From Catajapyx aquilonaris (taxonomy: Eukaryota), in contig KZ538235.1 of the NCBI GenBank assembly GCA_000934665.2, positions 1-64,000 of the forward strand: a stretch of 64,000 bases of DNA, in the 5' to 3' direction. Below the pieces are notes generated by a model. The model was not told where the DNA came from. It did not search any database and saw only the letters and a program-made list of their open reading frames with translations. Of this stretch, positions 24,286-37,025 are shown in pieces. The number at the start of each line of letters is the position of its first letter. Position 1 is the stretch's first letter. The position numbers and the translations under genes were made by a program.

Positions 24286-27200
24286 CGGTGCCAAAACTTG
24301 TAGAAATGTTTTTCGCACGTTTCAAGCTCTGCCATTCTCCTACACAAGGGCTTTAGAGCGACAATCCCCAGCAACCTCGACACGTGCCAAGCAACCCCCC
24401 CGATCTCCCGGAATCTGCGGGCCACTCCCCGGATTCCTCCAGGGGAAAAGACTCCCGCATTTTCCGGGGGAAGGGAGGGAAAAAACTATAGAGACCCCCT
24501 CCCCCGGATCATCACTGCCACTTCCCACTCGTAATTCACTTCATGAAACCCGCTTATGACGCCCACACTAAAATGTAATGGCTTCCATGGGTTTTTTTTC
24601 GGGGACAGTCCAGGTCCCTTTCTGGATGTGACGAGAGCGACTCGTTAGTGAGGGTGTTGAATTAGATGCGAAAAATGCGTGAGGGTTGGCCATTTGTAAT
24701 GAGGCGACTGTCATCATTTTCGAAGGGTGACAAAAATGAAGGGGAGCGACGAAAAAATATGTGCGGTTGAGTAGGTGACGGAGGGTGTTCAAATTAAGGT
24801 TGGGGGTCCTTGGGGGGTCGTTGGGACGTGAAATGTTGCATTGTTTGACTTATGGTGTAATGGAGGGGGTTGATACAATGACACAATGCAATGTGGGGGG
24901 TGAACTTGGGGGAAAAAAGGCGCAGCGCACTTTGAACTTTGGAAGCAATTTTCAGTCAATGCCCATTCACACAACCGCTTTTTTCCACGGCAAGCTTTAA
25001 TTTTATTCAATTTAACTTTATCATGATTATAATGATTATGTAGTTTAACTTCATTGTTATAAATCATATATTTTACTCATTTAATTGGCACTATTTTAAT
25101 ATAGTAGGTTTAGTCGTCATTTAGTTTTGATATAGTTATAATTTTAATTTATTTTACTAACTTTGATTTTAATTTTAATTGTTTACTTTTAAATTAGTTT
25201 ACTCGTTTTAATTAGAATTTAATTTTATGAGGTTTAATTTGTAGTTTACTAGTGATTAATTTTCATTGAATATTTTGATTCATATTTTTAAAGTTAAAGT
25301 TTACTTGATAAAATATTTACTCAAGATGTATTATACTTGTGTTAATTAATTTTCAATTATTTTACCTTCATTAAAATACAATGTTCACTTAATTTTAAAT
25401 ACCTTCACTTATTTTAATTCATAATAATTTTTCATTCCAATGCATGTGTAGTAGTAATTTTTTAATCTACTGTAATATTAATGGCTTTTCGTAATTTAAC
25501 TTACTGTTAAAGCTGTTATTTTCAATAAATAAAGCAGTATAGCCAAAATACTCCGAACTGTAGGGCTTGGTGTTGCCAATTGCGCACATTTGTGCTGGTA
25601 CTCGTGTAATCGCGAATTATACACTTTTTGCAATAACTCTTGAACTAGTCTGAAGGTGTGGAGGTCACCTGAGCGTGTATATGTATTTATGCAAACTCAT
25701 TAACATGTAGACCGTGAATTATGCTAATCCCACCCTCATAATTACTGCTGATAGGAAGCCTTGCTCGACACGAAAGAGATAATGTCTTGCTTTTCGTGAT
25801 TGCGTGTCTTACTATTCAATTAAGGACAGTAACGCGGATTAAAGCACGGCGAAACACACACTGCGAAAATCCTGTACACTATACAGATGGTACAAATGCG
25901 AAAAGTTAAGCTCCTTTACTTTTCGGCTTGAATTTAATTCAAGTAAATTTTAGAGCTATAGTTATGCATTGGGAGTTTTAATTACTTAAACGTAATGCGC
26001 AATGTGCTCTGTACAGTTAGCACAGACAGACCGCTAATTTCATTAGTAATGCTTGCTATATACTGTATTGTAATTCCGTACTTATAGCTATTATGCGTTT
26101 GGGTTATCATAATTATCATACAGTGCATTTAGATTGCATTATAAAAACAAAATTTAAGCGATAAAAATTATAAAATTTGATACGAATGTAATTAGGCAAA
26201 AAATACATAGCTCTATTGCTGTTTATTTTATACAATGTAAGGCTACGTATTATTTTTGCTTATGTTCACTAACTGTTCTAATTAAATATACATATGGGCA
26301 AGTTTGTTTGTTCGTCCATGGCAGTATAGGCCAATTGTTAATAACTGCTATTAATCTATACCATGACAATAAATCATTTTTGTTATCTGAGAATTTTTGC
26401 ATATATAATTTTTTTCAATTTGAAAAAAAAACTGTAACAAAGGACCTCAGTGCAAAGTGTCAAACGACATCTGAAATCAATACCGTCGATGAATGCCAGC
26501 AATCCCTTATCACACGACAGGAAGGGTACTTTCCATTCGACGCATAATGTCACACTTTGCACCTCCCTTTTCCTTCTTTCTAGTTTGAAAGAAGATAAAA
26601 AAAAGGTGACAGACGCGTAAGAAACGCCTCGCTTTTCCTGAACAGATAGGAATCTGTCGTGGAAACAAACAACGTCGTCAACGTCAACTACTAGATAAAT
26701 ATCCCCCCCTCTCGTCACTAAGCAGCTATCTGGACACTTTTTCGCTCCACTTCCAACAATCACACTGTAAACAAGCGGGTCAGAAATAACTTTGTACCAA
26801 CACTATTTTCAAAAAGGATGAGGACAGACTTGTTGTCACTCAAAAATTCAGCCACGCCTCATTATGTCCAACCCCTGTCCCAGTTATTCTGGTGGGGCGG
26901 GGGGACACCTGAGATATATGGAGCCTCATTTGTCCTCGCCATACGTTTGAATAGAAAACAAGCGACACTGTTGGAATGTTACCGCCTTGATTTACTTGAA
27001 CACCACTTCAACAGTGGATGGTCGCGTGATCTGAACTCCTTTGTGTTTATTTCCCGAACGCTAATTTATTTTATTTTTTTCCCCCTCTTAAGCTTCGTGT
27101 CCAATTTACAGTCCTTGTCCCACCATTGCGTGTGTCCCTTTTTCCTATTTTCTTTTCTTTATTAGGGACACCCCCCCCCCCCTGTTCCTTTAGCCCCCCA

Positions 27201-27486
27201 AAGGCGTCGAAACTAACTTGGATTATCCAATTCCGAACGATAAACGATCCGGTAATAATGGGCCCCAATGCGCTCACTTATAATTGGACACTACTTGGAG
27301 ACGCGCTTTTTGCATAAAACGCTTTGTAATAACGCGACGAAACTAGGGGAATCCCTGACGTGCCATACGAAACACTGCTTTTATGGCTTCCGATTGGTCT
27401 TCCCGGGACAAAATTGCAGGGAATCTAATGACAAACTGGTCTCAAGGGCTGGAGAAAAATAAGGAAAACAGTGGAAGGGGTATGGG

Positions 27487-27678
27487 TGCGCAGAACGCAT
27501 GCAGTCGTCTGGGAGCGTCATCTGCGCAGAACACATGCGTAGTCGTCTAACAGTGTCATATGGGGCAGAAATGCGGCGCAGTCGTCGACTGACATCATCT
27601 GAGCAAAACGCATGCGCTGAAATCCTCCTGCGCAGACCGAATGCGTAGTCGTCTAGTGACTTCACATGCGCAGAACCA
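27487..27678. repeat. Degenerate ~35-40-bp repeat rich in TGCGCA / GCATGCG and gtcgtct
   Basis: tgcgcagaacgcatgcagtcgtct, tgcgcagaacacatgcgtagtcgtct, tgcgcagaccgaatgcgtagtcgtct. Confidence 0.7.
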
Positions 27679-28424
27679 TTGCTCTGAATGTCTCCTGCAC
27701 ACTTTACGTCTTTTTTCCTGCCCAGGTCGTTACCTCAATGTCTTAATCCCCCGATTAATCTGCCATTACGCCCCAGTAAATGCCACTTAGAGTCCCCTCT
27801 ACTTTCAAGATGTCCCCACCCTTTCGCGTGACTTTCTCCACCTCCTTTTCCGCCAATGCAATTTTTTTCGCGTGACCTATTCTCTCGAAAGCGAGTCAAA
27901 TCGATGGGACTTAAAACCCTGACACAAGACTGATCAGACTAATCGGTTGCTTAAAGTGGAGAGGTTGCTAGAAGTGACCAAAAACCGGGGGCTGCTGTGT
28001 TTGCTCTGCGGTTTGAACCCAACGTTTAATGGACAGTCCGACATCGTTAGCCGCTTGATGAAATTCCTCTCCCAACAGTTACATACACAATGAAATCATC
28101 CATCAAAAACCTTACGGCTGGCACTTAAATCGCCATTTTTATAGCTCCGTTTTTTAGTAGGAATTAGGAAGTGACGACATATATAAACTAAGTTTATATC
28201 CCTGTTTTTTTCCAAGATGGTCATCCAATTCACTTCCTTCTTTTAATAATATTGTGTCCCACAAAAAGTCAGATCCTGTGTCCCCAGTCGTAATCCGGAC
28301 ACCTCCGCAGGCACTCTCGGGATAAATGGACAGAACATCCTTCAGCAATTCCCTTACTGTGTATCTCTAGATCCCGCAATAAAACCAACCCCGGAATTGA
28401 GACGGAAATGAAGAGTTTACTCAC

Positions 28425-28466
28425 CCTGTACATTGCAGAGTTCCAGAGAAAACAACAAGGAAAAAC
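28425..28466 (-). CDS. Candidate 42-nt micro-exon encoding the end of the signal peptide
   Basis: ctaatcacttcag|GT TTT TCC TTG TTG TTT TCT CTG GAA CTC TGC AAT GTA CAG G|gtgagt. Phase 1-1 with a strong donor. Joined to 22575 it gives FSLLFSLELCNVQA-FTQGPKF. No homology support available. Confidence 0.4.
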
Positions 28467-29007
28467 CTGAAGTGATTAGATTCCTAGCTTTTTTGAAGGA
28501 AGAGAAAAAATCAAAATAAAAGCTCGCTCGCTTCTCCCATTTTCCAAACCTCTACAAGATTATACGGAACGGAAACAGTATATACTTTGGTATATATAAA
28601 AACCCCGGTTTCTTGGAAATTGGTCGATATTGGATTATGATGCACCGCCTTAAGAAAACAGACTTTTTCCTCCCTACCATCTTGATTGAAATGTAAAAAG
28701 CCTCGGCTCTGTTGTTTTTATCCTAATCCCTATACTACTCGTATATATCATGCATATTGTTGTCTAAATTAAAACCACCCTCCCCATTTGTTTTCCTTGT
28801 ATAAACCGCCATTTGTTTCAATCCTGCCCTCTGGCGGCGGCGTCTCCCCGTGACAACGCCATCTGTCTTCGAGTCATAACTTGAAGCCCGCCCTCTGTCG
28901 GTGAGTGATAGAAAATAACATGGGATGACCGTAAAAAATGGCCAGTTTGTTAACCCGTCCGAGGTCGGGTAAATAAGTGAGACACGTGACGACCAGGAGG
29001 CCACAAA

Positions 29008-29142
29008 TGGTGCCCAACGTGGGGAAAGCTCAGAATGTGTAACATACAGTACGTTACAATGGCGCCCAACGTGGGGCAAACTCTGAATGTGTAACATGCG
29101 GTACGTTACAATGGCGCCCAACGTGGGGCAAGCTCACAATGT
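29008..29142 (+). mobile_element. 52-bp tandem repeat (about 2.6 units) of an LTR-retrotransposon tRNA-Lys(CUU) primer-binding site plus a TGTAAC...GTTACA stub
   Basis: TGGCGCCCAACGTGGGGC is perfect at 29060-29077 and 29112-29129 and has two mismatches at 29008-29025. It is the complement of the 3' 18 nt of mature tRNA-Lys(CUU), including CCA. Confidence 0.8.
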
Positions 29143-30316
29143 CAGAAACAGCCAATAAATATCGGGTGATACCATATCCTGCGTATAGATGACTTCTTAG
29201 AGTCGTCACATGCACCTATTGGACCAAACAGAGGCACAGACTGATTCTTGAGCCCTCTTCTTCCCTTCTCCGCGGATATCCTTCTAGACATTCATTTCCC
29301 AGCCCCCGGGTTCCCCTGGCGTATCATTTGGGCCTAATCCTCCAATCCCCGCATTCAGGAAAGTTTTGCAGCTAGTTTCAGTGGCGTTTGCTAACAGGAT
29401 TAAGGCTGATTATGAGGCATTATGAGCAGTTAGAAGAGCTCTTCAGCCGCTACCAAGAAAGCGCCGTCTAAATTCCTTTGGGTCAGGATGACACGGAGGA
29501 GTGTTCACCGTTTGATGCCTAGATAAATCTCGAGGGATTCTAACCAAGGGTAGATAGGTTTTAATCCAGGGTAAAGTAGAAAAAAAAAGAATATATGGGA
29601 ACAGTCTTTCGAGAGCAAACCTCTGGATAAGTGATGAGGTTTGGTTAAGATTACGGATTTGTTAGTCTGAGCTCTTGGCACAAAATTTGCTTTGGATCAA
29701 ATAGGGCTAAGCTGGCCTTAAGTTAATGGAGGGCTGTCAAAGTCACTAGGATAAGACCGTAAACTGTTGTTTTTCTGGGCAAACAGCCATTTTCAGACAC
29801 ATGTGCTTGAGTCATTAATAAGAAGAATGTGTACATGTTGATGAAATTGTTTGCTGAAACAAACTTTTCTGGCTCATTTCCAGCCGGAAAATGTTTTCTG
29901 TAGGCGATACAACCGGATTTTAATGTAGTATAACTATCGACGATTACGGTACAGTTTTCTTAACTATATTTTACAGCGTGAAACACCAAATTTAATATTA
30001 CGGGTGTCAATTAATTTTACTGTTTTACTGTCATATTTTAATTGACGAATTTGGCTCACAGAGTTTCAATTTAATTAGTGTTACATATTAATTAAATCAT
30101 ATTAATGAATTTAATTTCAGTTCAATTTTTCGTGTTATTTGATAATATAAACTAATAATATAAAGTATTAACTTTTATAATAATAAGACACTGTATAAAT
30201 AGCTCATTATATACTGCTATGTAATAACACTCAAATAACTAATAAAATATGCAAATAACTAATAACATACAGCAAATCTTTTGAATATAGCAAAGTATAA
30301 TTATTCAAACATTATA

Positions 30317-30542
30317 CAGGGTGTTCCAAATTCGTGGGTCGATTTTTAATAACTTATACTGCCAGATAGCAGTTATTTTTGTAGCTTGTTGTGTCCAGAT
30401 CCAGGTTCCCCATTACTCCCAGGGTTGGAATATAGCAGTTGCTGTAGAATGGGGCACCTGGTTAGGGGCACAAGCTACAAAAATAACTGTTATCGGGTAA
30501 TATCAGTTATTTAAAAACGACCAAGGAATTTGGAACACCCTG
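30317..30542. mobile_element. Palindromic Tc1/mariner-type MITE, family B
   Basis: CAGGGTGTTCCAAATTC...GAATTTGGAACACCCTG with TATA on both sides; internal arms agttatttttgtagcttg / caagctacaaaaataact. A right-end fragment lies at about 22681-22741 and a decayed one near 54535-54630. Confidence 0.85.
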
Positions 30543-30591
30543 TATATACAATACCGGTGTATAGAAAATTAAAACCGAAAATGACAATACC

Positions 30592-30690
30592 AATTTTCGT
30601 CCCACTGCTAGTTACTGCTAACTTAGCAGTACCTGTACAGTACAATCATGGTACTGCTATAGTTAGTATATAGTAGTGGGACGAAAATTC
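30592..30690. mobile_element. Small palindromic MITE, family C
   Basis: aattttcgtcccact...agtgggacgaaaatt; related copies at 52138-52252 and a left half near 63892-63940. Confidence 0.75.
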
Positions 30691-32800
30691 GACCCTATTA
30701 AAATAAAATTAATCAAGTAAAAATTATCGCATAATTTTTGAAAATAATTTATAACTGCTGATGTAGGATTTATTCAACCAGGTGTTCCAGACGTCATATT
30801 TGACAACAATGATATTCAACAATAAAAAAATCTGAATGAAATGTACCATTTTCTGATTGAATAAGTAATATAAATTGCTGCTGCTCATTACCTCATACTT
30901 CTAATGAACTTTTCCTCTTTACATAATTAGGCTTCCTAATCATTCCCCGTGCAAAATTTGCAAAAAATCAATTTCCCAACAACTCATCGTTCCATGCAGA
31001 ATCACCCTGTACACAAAACCGCTCCGCTCGAAACTGTAAGTTTTCCTCCCCCCATAATGAGGCCATAGATGCTACCTCCTTCCAAACTCGTAAATAAGCC
31101 ATTAATTAAGACAAGTTTGCCAATTAAAAACGCAGATCGGGAAGGGGGGGGGGGGGAAAGTATATATAAAATCTTGATTTTCTGCAACTCTCTTCGTCCT
31201 CCTAGTCGAAAAAAAAAGTTTTTTTTTTTGAAAAAAATATATATAACCGGTACGAGGTCGCAAGTCATGGTCCTGCGACACTCTAGTGTTGGAGCAATAA
31301 CGTGCTTTGGAACAAGGGCAGGAGCTGAGCAAGTTGACTGGAAAATCAATGTTCGCAAAACCCTCCCCTTCCTTTACCTTCTACCCCAAGCTTTTGCAAA
31401 GTTTTAGCACAAGGAAGCCTTCACCACCACCACCAGCCCCCCTACCCTCTCTTTTCCACAAACACGCTTAATCGTAATTAACTCCCGAGTTCAAACTTTT
31501 AGTCGAGGCGAGAGAATCAAATTTGGCTAAATGGGATCAGCCAAGAAAGACTCTCAACGAGACTACAATTTTTTTTGTTACCATGTTAATTAACGTAAGC
31601 CATTTTCAGTGCAGGATAATTACTGCGTACAGCGCGATTTTTAGCCATTAAGCTGTTACTTCCAGCTACTTTTACACGCTATTATGTGTCATAAACTGGG
31701 TATATCATTATAAAATTGTGAAAACATGACAGCAATATTAGTAATTAAATAATAATAGTTACAATAATAGCTACTGTAATAGTTACAATAATAGCTACTG
31801 TAACACCATACTACGAGTATAATACATAATTAGACTATATTTTGTCTTATTTTAGCTACACAATTTATTGCTTTAAATAATTATCATTAATTTATTATTA
31901 ATTATTAATCACTAGCGAGTCTCTTGCCAAAACCGGGGTTTTCACATAATACCGTACCCTTCACATTGAGAGCGAGAGAGTTAGAACACTACTGCCACTC
32001 TCGGGTCGTGCAAGGGCTGCTAGTACTGCATGCACATAGCTGATGACTCGCCGCGGACAGAGGCACAGCCTGTCATATTATTAATTACTATGCTTCATGT
32101 ACTTCTGTTATTCGAATATTAATAACCACCGTCATAATTATTGCTGGTGGTTGTATAGTAGTACAAATGATAGTTGTCACATTTCCGATAACGGTCCTTC
32201 CGTGTGTTCCTCCCTTCCAAAGACTTGAAAGGCACCTTTCCTTCCATGGCAAAGTGTGAAAGCAATATGTGGAGTGGGCCAATCAGATGACAGCTGCGTG
32301 ACACGAGTCACCCACCCACAGCTCAACGCGATAAGAATTATGAAAATGAGAGAGAGATGCAATCGTTTTCAGTTAGTGGCCGGCTAGAAAAGGGACATGG
32401 CCTTACTATAATTACCGGGACTTGAAACCAGGCTTAATTCATCACTCCGATACGGGGGATCAGCACGCAAAGTGACACATGCGTCGTTGTGAATGACACA
32501 CACGGTTTCAGAAATAGCAGCAAAGGGGGCGGAATGCGGATCGTGCTGACATATCTTGGGACCTGCTTGTAAGGAAGTAGTTATAAGGATTATTAAAGAG
32601 ATGGCTTTGGCCAAGGGAGGTCGTGACCTCTAACGTGTGAGTAAAAATGGGTTGTCATACAGGACAGTTTTCTGAAAGCAATTGCGCTTCATTAACAGTA
32701 ATACCAGAGCAAAAACGCTGCTGCTTTAATAGCTAAAATAGCTGCTAGTTTGACAGCAGATAGTATTGTCACTGCTAGCCTGACAACCACTAGTATGATA

Positions 32801-33020
32801 ATAATTGTTAGCTTGATGCGTACTAGTTTGATAACTGTTAGCTTGATGCGTACTAGTTTGATAACTGTTAGCTTGATGCGTACTAGTTTGATAACTGTTA
32901 GCTTGATGCGTACTAGTTTGATAACTGTTAGCTTGATGCGTACTAGTTTGATAACTGTTAGCTTGATGCGTACTAGTTTGATAACTGTTAGCTTGATGCG
33001 TACTAGTTTGATAACTAGTT
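32801..33020. repeat. 30-bp minisatellite ataactgttagcttgatgcgtactagtttg x7 within a larger degenerate tract (about 32720-33640)
   Basis: Direct inspection; a 29-bp unit gttattttataatagctgctgttataaat follows at about 33406-33568. Confidence 0.9.
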
Positions 33021-34785
33021 TGACTCCCCTAAAGGAGCACTGCTCTAGAATGGGGTAACTAAAATATACTAATTAAATAAAAATAACTAGTTTGATAGCT
33101 GATAAATCATCAACTGCTACTTTTCTAGCTGTTAGTGTGATAATAACGAGTAGCAGAGTAGCTGGTTTGATAACAGTTAGTATGATAACTGTCAGTTTGA
33201 TAGCTGCCAGTTTGAGAACTAGTTGGACAGCGGGTAACTGCTCCTTTCCTATTAACTACTGTACTAGTTTGATAATAGCTAGTCAAAGAGCTGTTAGTTT
33301 GATAGTGGTTACTGGTTACTGAGAACTGTTAGCTTGATAGAGTCTGCTAGTTTGAAAACTGGTTGGATAGCTGCTAAATAATTGATAACTGCTGATTTTA
33401 TGTGTGTTATTTTATAATAGCGGCTGTTATAAATGTTATTTTATAATAGCTGCTGTTATAAATGTTATTTTATAATAGCTGCTGTTATAAATGTTATTTT
33501 ATAATAGCTGCTGTTATAGATGTTATTTTATAATAGCTGCTGTTATAGATGTTATTTTTATAATAGCTAGTCTGAAAGCTGCTAGTTTGATAACAGCTAG
33601 GTTGATAACCTCTGATTTAATAACTGCTACTTTAATAGCCGCGTGTTTTGCTCGGGACATCTTGCGAGGTTTATCACAGGCTCGTAAGATGGCTCTGGCT
33701 TTCAACGGTTGTTTCCGTCGCTTTAAAATGGCCGGCGACATGTGTAAAATCCCCGTACTATGTACCCACGCACAATTTACGCGCCCATCTGGCTCGACAC
33801 TAAATGGGCCGTAAAATGTCACAACTATTGTGACCATAACCCATTTACAGGTCCCCCCCTCCTTTGCAAGGGGCCATAATAAATTTTTGTGTGCGGTTTT
33901 TAGGCCGTCTCTAGAGAGCGCAACCGTCGTACGTTCGGTTTTTCCTTTTGTCCACGGGAAAACCTAGGTCCGGTCCTAAGTGTCTCCCTTAGGACCGCCA
34001 TCAACCTTGGGCGCTATATGGGTGGAAGGGAAAGAAGAAAACTACTAATTCTTTAAAAGCAAGGCCGCCCGGGCCTACAACCCGGCCCAAATTGCCTTGC
34101 TTTTCACGCCTTTAAATTGCTCGAGGAGATATCCAGGAGCTTCCGCGGTTTTTAGCCTCACAAAACTTTGAAGTTGCGAAAATTTGCGAGCTCATACTTT
34201 TAGGTGATTTTACACGTAAAGGGAGGCACGCGGTCGTGAGATTAAACAAAACAAACCAATTGAAAATTAAATAAAGAGTATACGAAATTTGACACCTATA
34301 GGACTTCGCGCGAACAGAGCGAACTCAGAATACGTGTGAAGCCCCTTTGTATTTGCAACAACTTGAGTGAGCTGAGGCCAATTTGGGAGCCATTAGCCTT
34401 TTCGGCAGTTTGGGCAAGGGGGTCGCAGGGGCGTGGTCAAAGGGGGAGGCCAAGTCAAAGCCAAACGCTGGGTGACGCGCACCAAGGAAATGTAAATAAA
34501 GGCAAGCCAGAATTTAAATCAAGGCCCGGTTTTCTCCGGGTCCTCTCCTGGGAGTTCATTTCAGGAGAAGAACCTTCCCCTCCTGAAGGCAAGATGTTGT
34601 TCCTTACTGGCCACGCATACCCAAACGCCTTTTCTTCCTCCCACGAATAAGGAAACACGCGGACCCTTGGGAAAAGACATGTCCCGAAATTATGATTAGG
34701 CTCCTATCAGGACCCTAAGCGCTATGTAGTACCCGACCATGAGAATGACAGTAGGATGCGCATCTACGTGGGTAGTTCCAGGCAA

Positions 34786-35073
34786 TCTATATAAATAAAG
34801 CAGTTTGTGAGTCTGTCTGTCCGCCTGCCAACGGCATTTGCCTGCCATCTGTGCTCCACCCCCAGTCTGGGAGAGTATGGAGGTGTTGGGGGTTGACTAC
34901 AGATGGTAGGCAAATGACGGTTGCCGTTATACAGGCGGGAGAGGTTGAAGGTGTTGGAGTAGCAGGACCACAGATGGCATTCTTGGGCGGGCGGACAGAC
35001 AGTTGACGGGGCTACTGGCAGGTGTTTTCCCTTCATTCATTTCTTCCCGGGCAACGCCAGGTGCCGCAGATAG
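34786..35073 (+). mobile_element. Non-autonomous Helitron (288 bp) nested in the 170-bp repeat family
   Basis: A|TCTATATAAATAAAG...gtctgtctgtcc 5' end; 3' hairpin cccgggcaacgccagg then cgcagATAG|T (variant of CTAG). Removing it restores ggcaa|ttttg as in the uninterrupted copy at 23805-23814. Confidence 0.85.
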
Positions 35074-36179
35074 TTTTGCTATATTTGTCAATCTTAGGGA
35101 CATCAACACATGTACTGTCGAGTACAACGAACCCTCATGTAGAAGCCTAGAAGCGCGAACATAAGCAGCTACCCTACCTCCATTTTCGCAAATAATGTAA
35201 GTCCTTGCCCACTTATGCTTGCACCCTACAAATTTCCATGCCATATTGATCACCCCTTGCCCCCNCCCCCCCCCCGTTTATGCCATTTTGAGCGCCTTTC
35301 ATCTAACATTCAGCGAACCAATAAATTCTACAATACTTACCCCTCCCTCTCCAAGACATCATAGCCTCAAATATTCATCCCTACCATTTACCTCTCAGAA
35401 TTGGAAGTAGTATATAACTGGCATGCACCTAGTTATTACAAGCTGCCAGATTGGAAAACCCACCCAGCTCCGTCCCACTTTCTGAATACTTCATATCGAC
35501 TAAGATTCCCCTCCTTTTTTGTGCCCCCCGCCTTCCCCTACTCCCTTACCAGAAGCAGCAGATACTTATCGGCAGAAGGAGGAAAATATTGCAACAACTG
35601 GAGAAATTCGCACCAGAAAACTTTTCCTAGCAGTTTCCAGGTATTGGTTTCAAGAATACCCCCGGTGGGAGGGGAATGATGTAAGTTGGGAGGGTAATAA
35701 CAATATTATTGTTATTATTTCCAGGCTCCGGGAGGAAAAGCGATAATTGCGGGTAGTTTCCTATTGGGTAACCCCCCCCCCCCCTACCAGGCTGAAATGT
35801 GGCATCAATGGGTGGGCGATCAGATATTTGATAATGTACTTGTGGCGCCACCAGATGATGAAGGCAAAAGCGCGAATCGAAATGAATCTGACACCAGGCT
35901 TAACTGTTAACCAAACCTCAAACAAACTTTGCGTATATGTGGAAAAGGCAAGAGCCAATCGTGGGTCTCAGCAAAATTCAGGGCACCTTTTGCGTGCCTC
36001 AGAGTGATTTACGGCCTTTCTTTTCGCAATAGCAACCGCTTGGGAAGCCATCCATTCTCCTCGCAGCATGATCTCTGGTCAGCTCCACAAGTGGACCCAA
36101 ATTGCACTAGGGGGCAGACTCCCTACTTGCTTACTATATTTAACTCTGGAGTGGACACGACTTGTATCCAATACACCCG

Positions 36180-36700
36180 GAACAGTTTCAAGAAGTAACA
36201 GCTGTTTTTAAAAAGAAGTGCTAGTAACATAACGTTTAGACCCTTCCCAAACAATTGTTGTAAGTAACGGCTATTTTTAACATGAACTGCTCTTAACATC
36301 AAGTTTTCGACAACCCCAAACAATAGTTTGAAAAGTAGCGGCTATTTTTAAAAAGAACATCTCTTAACATAACGTTTAGGACATTCCCAAACAACAGTTA
36401 TAAAAAGTAACGCCTATTTTAAAAAAGAGCTGCTCTTAGCATAACGTTTAGACATTCCTAAGCACTTGTTTGACGAAGTAACGGCTATTTTTAAATAACT
36501 GCTTTATACATAACGTTTTGGATAATCCCAAACAATTGTTTGAAAAGTAGCGGCGATTTTTAAAAAGAGATGCTGTTGACATAACGTTCAGATATTCCCA
36601 AACACTTGCTTGAAGTAACGGCTATTTTAAAAAAGAACTGCTTTTAACATAACGTTTAGGACATTCCTAAACAACAGTTTGAAAAAGTAGCGGCGATTTT
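36180..36700. repeat. ~70-bp tandem repeat x8 (aagtarcggctatttttaaaaagaactgct...aacgtttag...ccaaaca)
   Basis: The anchor agtarcrgc recurs every 68-72 bp. Confidence 0.85.
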
Positions 36701-36707
36701 TTTTAAC

Positions 36708-37025
36708 TTACTTTTTTTCATCGAAAAAAAGCCTTACAGAACCGCTACGTCAGTCAATCCGTCGGTGGTCAGGTATCAGGGCCTAATTGAGAAGGCGACA
36801 AACGGTTTTCGGATTCGGATTCAGCGAAATTTAAATTTTCTTGGTCAACTTCAGGTTTTCCGGGTTCACCTTATCCGCCAAGGTCAAGTTACATGAGGGT
36901 GTCCTGGGGTTCCTTGGCAACGAGAAATTAGACGACATCCTATGTCCTTGTTGTCCAATTTGAATTTCCTTGGCAATGAGAAAAAGCTTACTCGAATCAA
37001 GCTCGCGTCATTCGCCAATCTTGTT
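36708..37025 (+). mobile_element. DINE-1/Helentron-associated (HINE-like) element
   Basis: Homologous to 60152-60533 (shared caggtatca, ttttcggattcggattcagcg, aatgagaaaaag...gccaatct); subterminal inverted repeat and a decayed 3' stem-loop. Confidence 0.65.

Noticed and set aside
32177..32614. Signal-peptide-like ORF starts (LHLSLIFIILIALSCG; LAKAISLIILITTSLQA) as the missing first exon
   Set aside because: Both begin at TTG rather than ATG, the first has an in-frame stop just upstream, and neither has a convincing splice context.
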